From the NCBI GenBank assembly GCA_037133435.1, contig JBAXOD010000003.1:9502-73501 (forward strand): a stretch of 64,000 nucleotides of DNA, written 5' to 3'. This document shows, in pieces, positions 42,401 through 52,052 of this stretch; within the stretch, counting starts at the first letter, position 1, and every line of letters starts with the position of its first letter. The position numbers and the translations under genes were made by a program. The stretch comes from Candidatus Moraniibacteriota bacterium. Lineage in GTDB: Bacteria; Patescibacteriota; Minisyncoccia; Moranbacterales; UBA1568. The notes beneath the pieces are model-generated. The model made no database searches. It saw nothing but the letters and a program-made list of their open reading frames with translations, and was not told the origin of the DNA.

Positions 42401-42425
42401 GAAATTGGTGAACGTGGTGGTATGA
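39414..42425 (+). CDS. leuS: Leucine--tRNA ligase with inserted NUDIX domain
   Basis: MFPYPSGAGLHVGH, GTGAVMAVPAHD, SRQRYWG, KMSKR; internal Nudix box GGVEDGEDIVEAAKREVLEETG. Confidence 0.97.
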   Translation: MEGRYIPENIEGKWQKKWEEQGTFRQYGRERKFYALDMFPYPSGAGLHVGHPKGYIATDVIARMKQLQGYAVLHPMGWDAFGLPAEQYAIKNKTHPSKTTRENVATFKGQLGRLGFTYDWDREINTTDPEYYKWTQWIFLQMLKKGLAYESYEPIIWCPSCQTGLANEDLENGACERCGTIVEKKPMRQWVLRITDYADRLLEGLGSLDWPESIKESQRNWIGRSEGTVIRFQIINPKLQFPNKSQNTDSKSQTKEEFIEVFTTRVDTLYGCTYVVVAPEHPLIREQLTDNSEQIAEIKNWEEVRAYIEETKKKTEMERTAEGREKTGVRLEGIMAVNPINGEEVPVFVADYVLGDYGTGAVMAVPAHDTRDFAFAKKYDLPIKNVIMPHLTDKKNPPREGKKSVERNTIHALVRNPKDGKFLCLEWKNHPWTTFIVGGVEDGEDIVEAAKREVLEETGFSNLRHIGTLDRKVRSEYFAAHKDENRVANTTAVLFELEDESRESVTEEEVAKHSVLWLSLDEIRNREMTCAELDIWLGWLEGKDDAFVDDGALTDSSEFSGLSSEAAREKINAKLEADGNGKKVVKYKLREWVFSRQRYWGEPIPVVHCEKCGVVPVPENELPVFLPDVESYEPTGTGESPLAAIESWVNTTCPTCGGPAKRETNTMPQWAGSSWYYLRYIDPLNQDVLVGKELEKEWMPVDVYVGGAEHATRHLIYARFWHKFLFDIGAISTDEPFRKLCNVGLILASDGRKMSKRWGNVVNPDDMVRDFGADAMRLYEMFMGPFNQNISWNTDGVVGTRRFLEKVWKLQNRLTTDNLPPTTEESGLTTDNSSATSPCADPLAKTSGQPTKIDCLLHRTIVKVMEDIEAMRFNTAVSTLMILVNAFEKEGTITKESYGIFLLLLSPFAPHIAEELWAGLGNPESIFLSTWPVADLALLVEDTVKIVVSVNGKVRDTFEVPADATEDDLKAKAFASDKIAKFLDGREPKRVIVVPGKLVNVVV

Positions 42426-42450
42426 AAAAATGAAAAATTGAGATATAAAA

Positions 42451-42831
42451 ATGGAAAATGACAAAGAAAAATTCAAAGTTAAATTTAAAAGACGTCTCTA
42501 TGTATTCGCTCTTAGTATAGTGAAATGTATCGACACGCTTCCTCGTGGGACCGTATCAGACGTACTTGGAAAACAGCTCTTAAGAAGTGGAACGAGCGTA
42601 TTGGCGAATTATATTGAAGCGCAGGCGGCAAGTTCAAAAAAAGATTTCAGGAATTTCTTCTCATATTCACTGAAGTCGGCAAATGAATCAAAAGTGTGGA
42701 TTGTTCTGTTGAAGGATTCCGGAAAAATCGGGACAGAAAAGGCGGATATGCTTCTCAAGGAATGTATCGAGATATCGAATATACTTGCGAAAAGTGTCAT
42801 TACCATGAAGGAGAATGAAAAGAAGAAGTAA
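42451..42831 (+). CDS. Four-helix-bundle protein (TIGR02436-like)
   Basis: LGKQLLRSGTSVLANYIEAQAASSKKDF...LKSANESKVW; AT-rich. Confidence 0.92.
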   Translation: MENDKEKFKVKFKRRLYVFALSIVKCIDTLPRGTVSDVLGKQLLRSGTSVLANYIEAQAASSKKDFRNFFSYSLKSANESKVWIVLLKDSGKIGTEKADMLLKECIEISNILAKSVITMKENEKKK

Positions 42832-42883
42832 CTGACCGTCAGAAAGTTTTCATTTTTATATCTCCATTTTTCACTTTTATCCT

Positions 42884-43555
42884 ATGCGTACGACCATCAC
42901 AGATTATTTGAAGCTCGACAAGCCGTTGGTGATCTTCGACCTCGAGACGACCGGCCTTTCCGCGGGTGAGGATCGGATCATCGAGATCGCCTACGAGAAG
43001 ATTTTGCCATCGGGCGAGATCGTGGCGGAATGCAAGCGGATCAATCCGGGGCGTCCCATACCGGAGGCGTCGACGCGGATCACCGGCATCACCGATGCGG
43101 ACGTGCAAGACGAGCCGTCGTTCACCAAGCTTTCCTACGGGCTCTGGAACGTGTTCGAGGGCGTGGACGTGGGCGGGTTCAACATACTCGGGTTCGATCT
43201 GCCGTTTTTGCGCGGTGAGTTCGCGACGGTCGGCAAGACCTTCGATTATTCCCAGAAGAAGGTGCTCGACGCGAAGATCCTGTATCACAAGACCGTACCG
43301 CGTGATAATTTCGCCCCGCGCAACCTCTCCGCTGCATACAAGCTGTACTGCGGACAGGCACATCAGACGGCCCATACCGGGGCGGGGGACGTCCGAGTCA
43401 CGGTTGAGATTCTCGAGAAAATCCTCGAGAAGCATCCGGAGTTCCGAAGCTGGGATACGATCATGGAACTCAACGGTCAGAAGAAACTCCTCGAATCGGC
43501 GAAGAACGAGCATGCGCCGCTCGTGACGGGGGCGTCGTCGGGAACGCTGTTCTAG
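42884..43555 (+). CDS. DEDDh 3'-5' exonuclease (DnaQ-like)
   Basis: FDLETTG, GFNILGFDLPFL, AHTGAGDV. Confidence 0.92.
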   Translation: MRTTITDYLKLDKPLVIFDLETTGLSAGEDRIIEIAYEKILPSGEIVAECKRINPGRPIPEASTRITGITDADVQDEPSFTKLSYGLWNVFEGVDVGGFNILGFDLPFLRGEFATVGKTFDYSQKKVLDAKILYHKTVPRDNFAPRNLSAAYKLYCGQAHQTAHTGAGDVRVTVEILEKILEKHPEFRSWDTIMELNGQKKLLESAKNEHAPLVTGASSGTLF

Positions 43556-43800
43556 CTGATAACAGGAGAGTAACTGACAACTAATAACTAACAACAGATA
43601 ACAGGAAACCCGCCTTCGCTGAAACTACGGAGCGGCAAAGCAAGGAATCCCTTCCACCCCTCAGTCACGAAGACGTGACAGCTCCCCTCGGGCAGGGGAG
43701 CAGGATTCGTGAGACCTGATCAGTCTCCGTTGAAAGCTGTCAGTTATACGTTGTTAGTGCCTCTCAGCCATCAGTATTAAGTTGTGAGTCATAAGGGACT

Positions 43801-44577
43801 ATGTCCATATTTCATGCCATAATTCTCGGTATCGTCGAAGGGTTGACGGAGTTCCTGCCGGTGTCTTCGACTGGGCACCTCATCTTGGTGTCCGACGTGC
43901 TCGGTATCACGCAGACGGACTTCGTGAAGTCGTTCGAGATCGTGATCCAACTCGGTGCGATACTGGCAGTGGTCGTCTTGTACTTCCGTCGGTTTCTTAC
44001 CGATTGGGAAACGCTCAAACGCCTTGCAGTCGCTTTCCTGCCGACGGCCTTCGTCGGACTCGTGCTCTATCGGTTCATCAAGAGCCTGTTCGAATCGCCG
44101 ATGACGATCGTCGCGACGCTCTTGCTTGGCGGCGTGGCCATCATTCTCTTCGAACGGTGGCTGAAAACACGGAAGCCTGTCGAAGAGACGACGACCGGCG
44201 CAACGATGACCTACCGGCAGGCATTCCTGATCGGCGTAGCACAGTCGGTCGCGGTGATTCCCGGCGTATCACGCTCCGGCGCGACGATTGTCGGCGGACT
44301 CGCGCTCGGACTTTCCCGGACGGCGATCACGGAATTCTCGTTCCTTCTGGCGGTACCGACCATGACCGCGGCGGTCGGGTACGACCTGTTGAAAAATGCC
44401 GGCGCGTTTTCTTCCGCGGACCTGCCAGTACTCGCGGTCGGTTTCTTCGTCTCGTTCGTCGTCGCGTTCGTCGCGGTGAAGTCGTTCCTCTCCTTCGTGA
44501 AGACGCATTCGTTCACCGGATTCGGCATCTATCGCATCATCGCGGCGATCGCGTTTTATCTGCTGGTGATTAGATAA
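43801..44577 (+). CDS. uppP: Undecaprenyl-diphosphate phosphatase
   Basis: EGLTEFLPVSSTGH, IQLGAILAV, PGVSRSGAT. Confidence 0.96.
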   Translation: MSIFHAIILGIVEGLTEFLPVSSTGHLILVSDVLGITQTDFVKSFEIVIQLGAILAVVVLYFRRFLTDWETLKRLAVAFLPTAFVGLVLYRFIKSLFESPMTIVATLLLGGVAIILFERWLKTRKPVEETTTGATMTYRQAFLIGVAQSVAVIPGVSRSGATIVGGLALGLSRTAITEFSFLLAVPTMTAAVGYDLLKNAGAFSSADLPVLAVGFFVSFVVAFVAVKSFLSFVKTHSFTGFGIYRIIAAIAFYLLVIR

Positions 44578-44711
44578 CAGGGAATAGGGGAACTGACAAC
44601 TAACAACATACAACTTATAATGGGGAACAAAAGGGATGGATTGCCACGGACGGATACGTCCTCGCAAAGACAGACGAGGATTTGTTCTCTGGTCGGCCTA
44701 AAAATCGTTGA

Positions 44712-45554
44712 ATGAATGAAGAATTTACTATGATCATATCAGGAGCACTAGTCGCGAAGAGGATTTTCGATGAGGCGAAAGCTATCACGTCGAGCCTTTC
44801 AATCCGGCCGGGATTCGGCGTGGTGCTTGTCGGAGATGATCCGGCATCGCGGATCTATGTCGGTATCAAGGAGCGTCGTGCCGCCGATCTCGGATTCGTC
44901 TTCAGGAAAGAAGTATTGCCGATGACCGCGACGGAGGAAGAGATCATCCGTGCGATCGAATCGCTCAATGCCGACGAGGCGATCCATGGCATCCTCGTCC
45001 AACTCCCGCTTCCGGACGGCCTCGATACGGACCGGGTCATCGCCGCCATCGATCCGAAAAAGGATGCCGACGGATTCCACTCGGAGACGGTCCGGAATTT
45101 TCTCTCCGGTGACCGGGATTCCATTCCGGTTTTTCCGGAAGCGATCATGGAACTCGCGAAGTCGACCGGGATCGATTTGTCCGGAAAGAAGGGGGTTGCC
45201 ATCGTGAATTCGGAGCTGTTCGGTTTCATCATGAAAAAGGCGTTCGAGTACGAAGGAATCAATCCGACGATCGTTCCGACTGCCGATGTCAATGCGCGCA
45301 TTGATGAAATTTCCAATGCCGACCTGGTCGTGACCGCCGTCGGTCAGCCGGAGCGGTTTCCGCGTAACGTTTTCAAACAGGGCGCCATCGTCATCGACGG
45401 CGGGATTTCCCAAAAGGATGGCAAGGTCCGAGGGGATGTTTCCATAGAAGGGGATGACGCTGATATTTTTCTTTCCCCCGTTCCCGGCGGTGTCGGTCCC
45501 GTGACCGTCGCCTGCCTTCTTCGCCGCACGGCGAAATTGGCTAAAGGGAATTGA
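44712..45554 (+). CDS. folD: Methylene-THF dehydrogenase/cyclohydrolase
   Basis: VGDDPASRIYV, GILVQLPLP, KDADG, PVPGGVGPVT. Confidence 0.95.
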   Translation: MNEEFTMIISGALVAKRIFDEAKAITSSLSIRPGFGVVLVGDDPASRIYVGIKERRAADLGFVFRKEVLPMTATEEEIIRAIESLNADEAIHGILVQLPLPDGLDTDRVIAAIDPKKDADGFHSETVRNFLSGDRDSIPVFPEAIMELAKSTGIDLSGKKGVAIVNSELFGFIMKKAFEYEGINPTIVPTADVNARIDEISNADLVVTAVGQPERFPRNVFKQGAIVIDGGISQKDGKVRGDVSIEGDDADIFLSPVPGGVGPVTVACLLRRTAKLAKGN

Positions 45555-45616
45555 TACCCACACGTTTATGGAAACGAAAAACGGCACGGATACGTGTCGT
45601 TTTTCGTTCTTTATAG

Positions 45617-45700
45617 TACCGCGGGAGAGACTCGAACTCTCATGGTATCGCTACCGCGGGATTTTGAGTCCCGTGTGTCTACCAGTTCCACCACCGCGGC
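45617..45700 (-). tRNA. tRNA-Leu(CAA)
   Basis: GCCGCGG acceptor stem, anticodon loop CT-CAA-AA, long variable arm, GTTCGAG T-loop; CCA not encoded. Confidence 0.95.
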
Positions 45701-45940
45701 GTTTCAGCCCTTTTCTTCGGCCTCCACTAGGTTCAGGATAGGGAATTGAAAAGATAGTGTCAATGGAATATAATAGGGGAGACCTACGACTGACAACGAA
45801 CAACTTATAACGGGGAGGGGAAAGTCGTCAGGAGTGGTCGGGTCGTCGGTTGTCAGTTTGTTGTGACTTGTAAGTTTTCTCTCTGTGACTTCTGTTATTG
45901 GCTGTTAGTTGTTAGTTTTGCGTTGTTAGTGACTTCTACT

Positions 45941-46744
45941 ATGTCTAAGATCGTCGCGTTCGTGAACCAAAAGGGCGGGGTGGGGAAGACCACCTCGACC
46001 ATCAATGTCGCCCGATGCCTCGCCGAACTCGGCAAGAAGGTATTGTTGGTGGACCTCGATCCGCAGGGGAATGCCTCGTCGGGACTCGGTATCGATCCCC
46101 GCGGCATCGAGAAGAACCTCTATCATGCCATGATCGGGTCGCTTCCGCCGCAGGAAATCGTATTGTCGACGAATGTGCCGAGGCTGCATATCATTCCCGC
46201 GGCGCAGGACCTTGCCGGCGCGGAAATCGAGATGGTCCATATCGATGCGCGGGAGTTCCGATTGTATTCCGTGCTCCGTCCACTGCGTTCGTTTTATGAT
46301 TATATCTTGATCGACAGCCCACCGAGTCTCGGACTCCTTACCGTGAACGGGCTCGTCGCGAGTGACGAAGTGGTCATTCCGGTACAGACCGAATATTATG
46401 CGCTCGAGGGACTTTCCCAGCTCCTCGGAACCATCGAGCTCGTCCGTGAGCGGCTGCAACCGAACCTCAAGATCATGGGGGCGCTTTTGACGCTGTTCGA
46501 TCGCCGTAACCGGCTCGCGCAGCAGGTAGTGAACGAGGTCCGGGCGCACTTCCCGGGTCCGGTGTTCGAGACGGTCATTCCCCGTTCCGTACGACTCGCC
46601 GAGGCACCGAGCTATGGCAAATCGATCCTGGATTTCGACGCGTTTTCCAAGGGTGCCAGGGCATACAAATCCGTAGCGCGGGAGATCGTGGCGAAAGAGG
46701 ATCAGGTAACAGATAATCCGCTTCATCTCCGCAAAGCGGAGTGA
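45941..46744 (+). CDS. parA: Chromosome partitioning ATPase ParA/Soj
   Basis: NQKGGVGKTT, DLDPQGNAS, DSPPSLG, LAEAPS. Confidence 0.96.
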   Translation: MSKIVAFVNQKGGVGKTTSTINVARCLAELGKKVLLVDLDPQGNASSGLGIDPRGIEKNLYHAMIGSLPPQEIVLSTNVPRLHIIPAAQDLAGAEIEMVHIDAREFRLYSVLRPLRSFYDYILIDSPPSLGLLTVNGLVASDEVVIPVQTEYYALEGLSQLLGTIELVRERLQPNLKIMGALLTLFDRRNRLAQQVVNEVRAHFPGPVFETVIPRSVRLAEAPSYGKSILDFDAFSKGARAYKSVAREIVAKEDQVTDNPLHLRKAE

Positions 46745-46869
46745 GCGGACCCGCTCGCAGCGAAGAGCGGGCAGATATCAGATAGCGGAGAACTCACAAC
46801 GGGGAACGGATTTTTTGAACGGGTAGATTTTGGGAATTGTGAATTGGTCATTGATCATTCTGAATCACT

Positions 46870-47844
46870 ATGGTACAGCAACACGGACTCGGACGCGGAC
46901 TCTCGTCGCTCATTCCTCCGAAAAAGGAAGATCGGGAAGCATCGTTCAAGGATATGACGATCAAGACCATGGAGGCACAGGGTGTCGATCTTTCGACGAC
47001 GCACGTTCCGAACGATCGGGAACGTATCGCGACTTCCGATCCGGAACCGGCCGCGTCCTCGGTAGGGGCCCCGGGCGTCACGGAAGTCCTTATTTCCGAA
47101 ATCGTTCCGAACCCGCATCAGCCGCGGTTGCATTTCGACGAGGATCGGCTCCGGGAGCTTGCGGAATCCATTCGGGAACACGGTGTCGTCCAGTCGCTGG
47201 TCGTCTCGCCGAGGCAGGATGGAACCTATGAATTGATCGCCGGAGAACGTCGGTTGAAGGCCTCGAAGCTCGCGGGACTTATGAAGGTTCCCGTGGTCAT
47301 CCGGGACGCGGACGAGCGTGAGAAACTGGAACTGGCCATCATCGAGAACGTCCAGCGTCACGATCTCAACCCGATCGAGGAAGCACGGGCGTATGCGAGA
47401 CTGATCGACGAGTTCGGTCTGATCCAAGAAGACGTGGCGAAGAAGATGGGCAAGAGCCGGAGTGCGGTCGCCAACGCGGTCCGATTGCTCGTTTTGCCGA
47501 TCGAGATCCAGCGCGCGGTCGCCGAGGGGAAGATTTCCGAGGGACATGCCAAAGTGCTCCTTTCGGTCGAGAATCCGGAAAAGCAACGTGCGGTCTTCGA
47601 GCTTATCATGAAGACCGGATTGACCGTTCGCGGGACGGAAGCCAAAGTCCGGGAATCGGTGGTGCATACGCATACGCGTCGCGTTTCCCCGGTAGCTCCC
47701 GGGCTCGTCGAGAAAGCTGACCGGATTTCTGCGGCTCTCGGGACCAAGGTCGAAGTGAAGCCGGCCGGCAAGGGCGGCCGGATCGTCGTCGAGTATTATT
47801 CGGACGAGGAACTCGAACAGATCGTCTCGAGAATCCTGCCGTGA
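46870..47844 (+). CDS. parB: Chromosome partitioning protein ParB
   Basis: GLGRGL, PNPHQPR, AGERR, ENVQRHDLNPIEEA. Confidence 0.96.
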   Translation: MVQQHGLGRGLSSLIPPKKEDREASFKDMTIKTMEAQGVDLSTTHVPNDRERIATSDPEPAASSVGAPGVTEVLISEIVPNPHQPRLHFDEDRLRELAESIREHGVVQSLVVSPRQDGTYELIAGERRLKASKLAGLMKVPVVIRDADEREKLELAIIENVQRHDLNPIEEARAYARLIDEFGLIQEDVAKKMGKSRSAVANAVRLLVLPIEIQRAVAEGKISEGHAKVLLSVENPEKQRAVFELIMKTGLTVRGTEAKVRESVVHTHTRRVSPVAPGLVEKADRISAALGTKVEVKPAGKGGRIVVEYYSDEELEQIVSRILP

Positions 47845-48058
47845 ATCCCTTTTCTTAGTATCTCTCTCAAATCTCATGTCGAACTGAAATACGGAAATTT
47901 CGATAGGAGCGCCAACCAGAGGTTGGTCACCCTCTGGGTGAAAAACCCTGAAAATCGAGGACGGGTATCCGAAGGAGATGGGGATCCCGCTGTCGTAACC
48001 TGACGATTTTTGAATGATTTGTCCGCCCGCGACGATCGCTTGGCGAGACGGTCGGGGT

Positions 48059-48093
48059 CCGCCCGCAACGCTTCGCGTAGCGATTCGGGCGGG
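48059..48093. repeat. Intergenic copy of palindromic element CCGCCCGCAACGCTTCGCGTAGCGATTCGGGCGGG
   Basis: Close relative of the in-frame inserts in atpA, glyQS and ileS. Confidence 0.8.
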
Positions 48094-48188
48094 CAGCCGA
48101 AATTTTCGGATTTCAGCCGGCAAGCGGATTTTTTGCCTTATAGAGGCGTTGAGATTTGAGAGAGATACTTACTTGCATTGAAAACGAT

Positions 48189-48533
48189 ATGAAATTGATC
48201 ACAAATGACGAAACAATCAGTCGATCCGAATTGAAAGATATGGCCGGGAAGATGTTTGGCGGACTGGTAAAGGGCGTTGTGGATGTCTCGCGCGGGATCA
48301 TGGCCGTGGATGCCGAACTGCATGCCGACGAGGAAGCGTTCCTTCTGAAATCCGGCTCGTCGCAAGACGATCTCTGGGGTATCAACCTTTATCCGGACGA
48401 GACGGGTGAGGATTTCATCGAATTCGATTCCATGATAAACGTCCGACCCCGACAGGGAAATAAGAGTCGTGGCGTCGAGAATGCCGATCTTCGGAGTGCA
48501 ATAATCGGAATCGTAAACGATCTAGTCGTATGA
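48189..48533 (+). CDS. DUF5674-like protein
   Basis: VKGVVDV...DAELHADEE...LWGINLYP...IEFDSMINVRP (family recalled from memory). Confidence 0.75.
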   Translation: MKLITNDETISRSELKDMAGKMFGGLVKGVVDVSRGIMAVDAELHADEEAFLLKSGSSQDDLWGINLYPDETGEDFIEFDSMINVRPRQGNKSRGVENADLRSAIIGIVNDLVV

Positions 48534-48865
48534 GCGATATCTTCCATGAGGGTTTGGCGAACGGCGGATGGGAAGTACTCCCGCTCGTTTCGCAGATGGC
48601 CAATATCGGCAGTGAAGTCGGTCGTGCATTCTCGTGGCGGGGAAAAAATCGTGAGGAACGGGCGAACGACGCGGCGTGCCGGGCTTTGGAACTGTTTGAT
48701 TTTTCCCTTTCCGATGCGAAAAACCGTGAACGCCTACGCGAGATCGCACGAGCGCGCGAAGTGTTCGTCGATTCTTTTTTTGGTGACAATGAATACGGCT
48801 CCACCCCTGAATTGTGGCAATCATATTTCTTAGCCTTCGCGACGGCTGCCCGACAAGGGAAGTAA
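48530..48865 (+). CDS. Conserved hypothetical helical protein
   Basis: QMANIGSEVGRA...RALELFD; ATGA overlap with the upstream gene. Confidence 0.75.
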   Translation: MSDIFHEGLANGGWEVLPLVSQMANIGSEVGRAFSWRGKNREERANDAACRALELFDFSLSDAKNRERLREIARAREVFVDSFFGDNEYGSTPELWQSYFLAFATAARQGK

Positions 48866-48992
48866 TACCGAAATAACTTGATGTGTTGTATATCGCCACC
48901 AGGGGAGTTCGCCCAGCCCTTCGCGAAGAGCGGGGCGAACTCCGGCTGAGTCTTTTTTCCATGCTATACTGAAGACAAACATCATCCGGAAT

Positions 48993-51671
48993 ATGTCTGA
49001 AAAGGATTTTTTCGCTATCGGAGAGGAACGACGGAAGCTTCGTCACGAGGTGCTTGATGCGACCGGGTTTTCGGCACACGAAGTGTCTTCGCGTGGCGGA
49101 GTGGTCGCGAAACCGGAATTCATGAAGGAGGTCAATGAAGGCAACCTTTCAAATGTCGCGGAGAAGGTCGTGCTCGATGCGGACTCGGCGCCTTCGGTAT
49201 CCGAGGGACTTGACCGTATCGAGGCGTTGAACGAGAAAGCAAAGGAGTTCAAACTTTTTCCGGACCGACCGGAGAAAACCGAAGCGGTGTCGCCTGAACA
49301 AACGGAGCGGTCACTTTCCGATGTCCGCCGACGATATGCAAAAGCGCGCGAGGCCAAGGCGCTTGATGGTGGAGGAGAGAAGCCGACGAGGATGGATACA
49401 GAAGAGACGCTCATCGAGCCAAACGAAAAGGAACAGCGAAAGGCAAACCTTTTCCAGGAACTTTATTCGATGGAACGATTTTCCACACTCCAGAAGCAGG
49501 GTCGGTATCGTTTGTTGCGCCGACCGGAAGATGAGCGACTTGCCGAACGGCTTCGTATAGGCGCGGACCTCACGCGGACCGTCATAAAACGGCGCGAAAC
49601 ACTTGAGGCGGATGTGGATACGAGATACGTGGTCCGTGAATATGAGCTGTCGAAATATCGGCAACAGCTGACAAACGAACGCTTCGTGGTCACGCCGAGT
49701 CGGCGTGGCTATATCGATCGGATCGGATCACTCATCGAACAAGGAAAGCCGATTCTTGAGGAAGGGCATACCGGTGGTGGCAAGACCGAGCTCGCGAAGT
49801 ATGCCGCGCGCGAATGTACCGGTCGTGAAGCTGAGGTCGTGTATTGCAACCCACAGACCCGCCAGAGCGATATTTTCGGCAGGCAATCACTTCGTGAAAG
49901 TGACCGCGGGGCAACCGTGACGGATATCGATTTCGGTCCGCTCACGAGGGCTCTTACCGAAGGGAAAATCTGTATTTTCGATGAATTTAACGAGCTTGAC
50001 CCGAGATTCCGGCAGGTGCTCAAAGCCCTCTACAACGCGAAACCTGGGGACATGGTGAACGTGCCGGGCAATGGCAAAGTTCTCGTCGCACAAGGGTTCG
50101 GTTGCATCATGACCGCGAACCTCAAGAGTGAGAAATATGCCGAGAAGGGTGCGCTTGAACCGCAAGAAACACGAGTGTTTCTTGATTCGACCATTCGGAC
50201 GGACTATCCGCCTGCTTCGGAATTGTACGATGTCGCACTGTCCTCACTTGCCGATACGCAGGGGAACGTGCTTCTGACGCGCGAAGAGGCGGACACGACC
50301 CTGAAGCATTTCACCGATGCCATCCACGATATACAGGAGGCATATGCGAACACACTCCCGGCACACTATGGAAATGACACCGATTTTTCGGCGTTCGGGA
50401 AGGGGTCGAAACGGGGGAAACGACCGCAACTCGAGAAATACGTGCTCGATACCGGTATGGCGGTGCGACTCTTACAGGGATTTCGAATCGCACGGATGGA
50501 ACACGGGACATCGCTTGTCGATTTCCTCGACGAAGCACTCATCCGGACCTTCGAGGGGGACAAGATCGGTGAAGAGGACAAGCGCCTCGCGATCTATATG
50601 TTGGCCCAAAAAGGATTCCTCTCAGGATACAAGCAAGAGGACTTTCGGACACGCATCGGGGTCGATTACTCCGACAAGAAGCTCGATCCGACGACATTAT
50701 CAAAATCGAAACGAGCCGAGCTTTCTCCGGACGAAAGCTTTGCGACCCTGTCCGCCGAAGAGGTGGCGAGAATCGATCCGTATGAACGGATGAGAATCGA
50801 CGCGAATGAGGAGCTCGGATTGCCGTCCACGTCACCGGATAAGCCGGGCTCTCCTGAATACCACAGTTTCAGGGAGGCACGGGATATCTTCAAGGAGCGT
50901 TTCTATGGGCCAGAGGAAACAGAGCAGGTCTTCGGGTTCCGACCGGAAGCACCACCGATCCCGTATACAAAAGCAGACATGCTCCGGCACGAACAGCTCG
51001 GTCATATCCTGATGTACAATCCGGATATATTGCCAGACGGGACGCCGTTCGATATTCAGACCATGGCCAGTCGTGCGCTTTCCGGCGGACGCAATGTCTT
51101 GGAACGCGATGCGAGCGGAATTCCGACGAAGTATCTCCTCTACAAGGAGCAGTTTGACGAAAATGGTAAGATCTTGGACGGTGCTTGGTTTTCTGGCGAT
51201 CAAGAAGTGAAAACCGGCACCCCACAGTCTGGGTGGCAGTTTGTCTCGCCCGAGGCCTTGCCTGATACGGAAAACAAAAACTTCGTCGCGCAGACGGATA
51301 TCCTGATCGAGAATGCGAGAGAAAATTTCTTTGGCGGAGGAGTACCGGATGCATTTCAAAAAGCCGTCGATGAATGGCATTCAAAGAAGGTTATGTTCAA
51401 AGATGATGCCAACAAGCTTGCGTCGCTTCCAATCATGAACTTTGTGCGTGAACGAGTACAAAATACGATATTTCGGTTTCTCCTCGTACATGGAACAGGA
51501 AGAGGGACGCTGTTCGCGGACGGCAATTATGTCTGGTCATATGCACTCTCGTCGGGCGGCAGCCTCGTTTCCTTCGGCTTTGCGGTCGCGGTTGGCGCGG
51601 ACGTGTACGGGTACGCGCCGGTTGACTCGTACTCGGATTTGCGTGCCGTGGCCTCCCGCAGTGGATGTTGA
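48993..51671 (+). CDS. DGR target protein: MoxR/AAA_5-like ATPase with C-terminal variable (probably CLec-fold) domain
   Basis: Walker A GHTGGGKT, Walker B CIFDEFN, sensor MTAN; the 3' end carries the VR. Confidence 0.92.
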   Translation: MSEKDFFAIGEERRKLRHEVLDATGFSAHEVSSRGGVVAKPEFMKEVNEGNLSNVAEKVVLDADSAPSVSEGLDRIEALNEKAKEFKLFPDRPEKTEAVSPEQTERSLSDVRRRYAKAREAKALDGGGEKPTRMDTEETLIEPNEKEQRKANLFQELYSMERFSTLQKQGRYRLLRRPEDERLAERLRIGADLTRTVIKRRETLEADVDTRYVVREYELSKYRQQLTNERFVVTPSRRGYIDRIGSLIEQGKPILEEGHTGGGKTELAKYAARECTGREAEVVYCNPQTRQSDIFGRQSLRESDRGATVTDIDFGPLTRALTEGKICIFDEFNELDPRFRQVLKALYNAKPGDMVNVPGNGKVLVAQGFGCIMTANLKSEKYAEKGALEPQETRVFLDSTIRTDYPPASELYDVALSSLADTQGNVLLTREEADTTLKHFTDAIHDIQEAYANTLPAHYGNDTDFSAFGKGSKRGKRPQLEKYVLDTGMAVRLLQGFRIARMEHGTSLVDFLDEALIRTFEGDKIGEEDKRLAIYMLAQKGFLSGYKQEDFRTRIGVDYSDKKLDPTTLSKSKRAELSPDESFATLSAEEVARIDPYERMRIDANEELGLPSTSPDKPGSPEYHSFREARDIFKERFYGPEETEQVFGFRPEAPPIPYTKADMLRHEQLGHILMYNPDILPDGTPFDIQTMASRALSGGRNVLERDASGIPTKYLLYKEQFDENGKILDGAWFSGDQEVKTGTPQSGWQFVSPEALPDTENKNFVAQTDILIENARENFFGGGVPDAFQKAVDEWHSKKVMFKDDANKLASLPIMNFVRERVQNTIFRFLLVHGTGRGTLFADGNYVWSYALSSGGSLVSFGFAVAVGADVYGYAPVDSYSDLRAVASRSGC
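51543..51658 (+). repeat. DGR variable repeat (VR) including IMH
   Basis: 116-bp ungapped match to 51925-52040 with 15 mismatches, all opposite TR adenines. Confidence 0.97.
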
Positions 51672-51697
51672 GCTTTGATCTTTGAACCTTTGAGTCG

Positions 51698-51724
51698 GCT
51701 TCCGCCCCGGAAAGGGGTGGAAGC
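51698..51724 (+). other. Hairpin downstream of VR (DGR homing hairpin and/or terminator)
   Basis: GCTTCCGCCCC-GGAAA-GGGGTGGAAGC, 11-bp stem with one G.T, followed by GGTTTT. Confidence 0.7.
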
Positions 51725-51924
51725 GGTTTTGAATATGATATACTGATTGTGGGAATGAGACACGGCGTACGCGTCGTGACCCCAGCAGTTTCTGCTTGTC
51801 CGGTGTCGGCGCGAGTATCGACAGAGAGGGGAGTAGGAGCGCGCGCATATTTTCTCCCCACGTCCGGTGCCGGTACGAGACCGTATCCGCTTCGGAACGC
51901 ATTCGGATGGCACCGGGCACCATG

Positions 51925-52040
51925 GCACTCTCGTCGGACGGCAACCTCGTTTACTTCGGCAATGCGGACGCGAATGGCGCGAACGTGAACGGGAACACGC
52001 CGGATGACTCGAACTCGAATTTGCGTGCCGTGGCCTCCCG
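51925..52040 (+). ncRNA. DGR template repeat (TR)
   Basis: Adenine-rich copy of the VR with 8 AAC/AAT codons in the target reading frame; intergenic. Confidence 0.96.
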
Positions 52041-52052
52041 AAGGAACGGCGA

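Noticed and set aside
45617-45700. tRNA-Leu as the integration site of the DGR island
   Set aside because: No duplicated tRNA 3' end or integrase found, and parAB lie between the tRNA and the island
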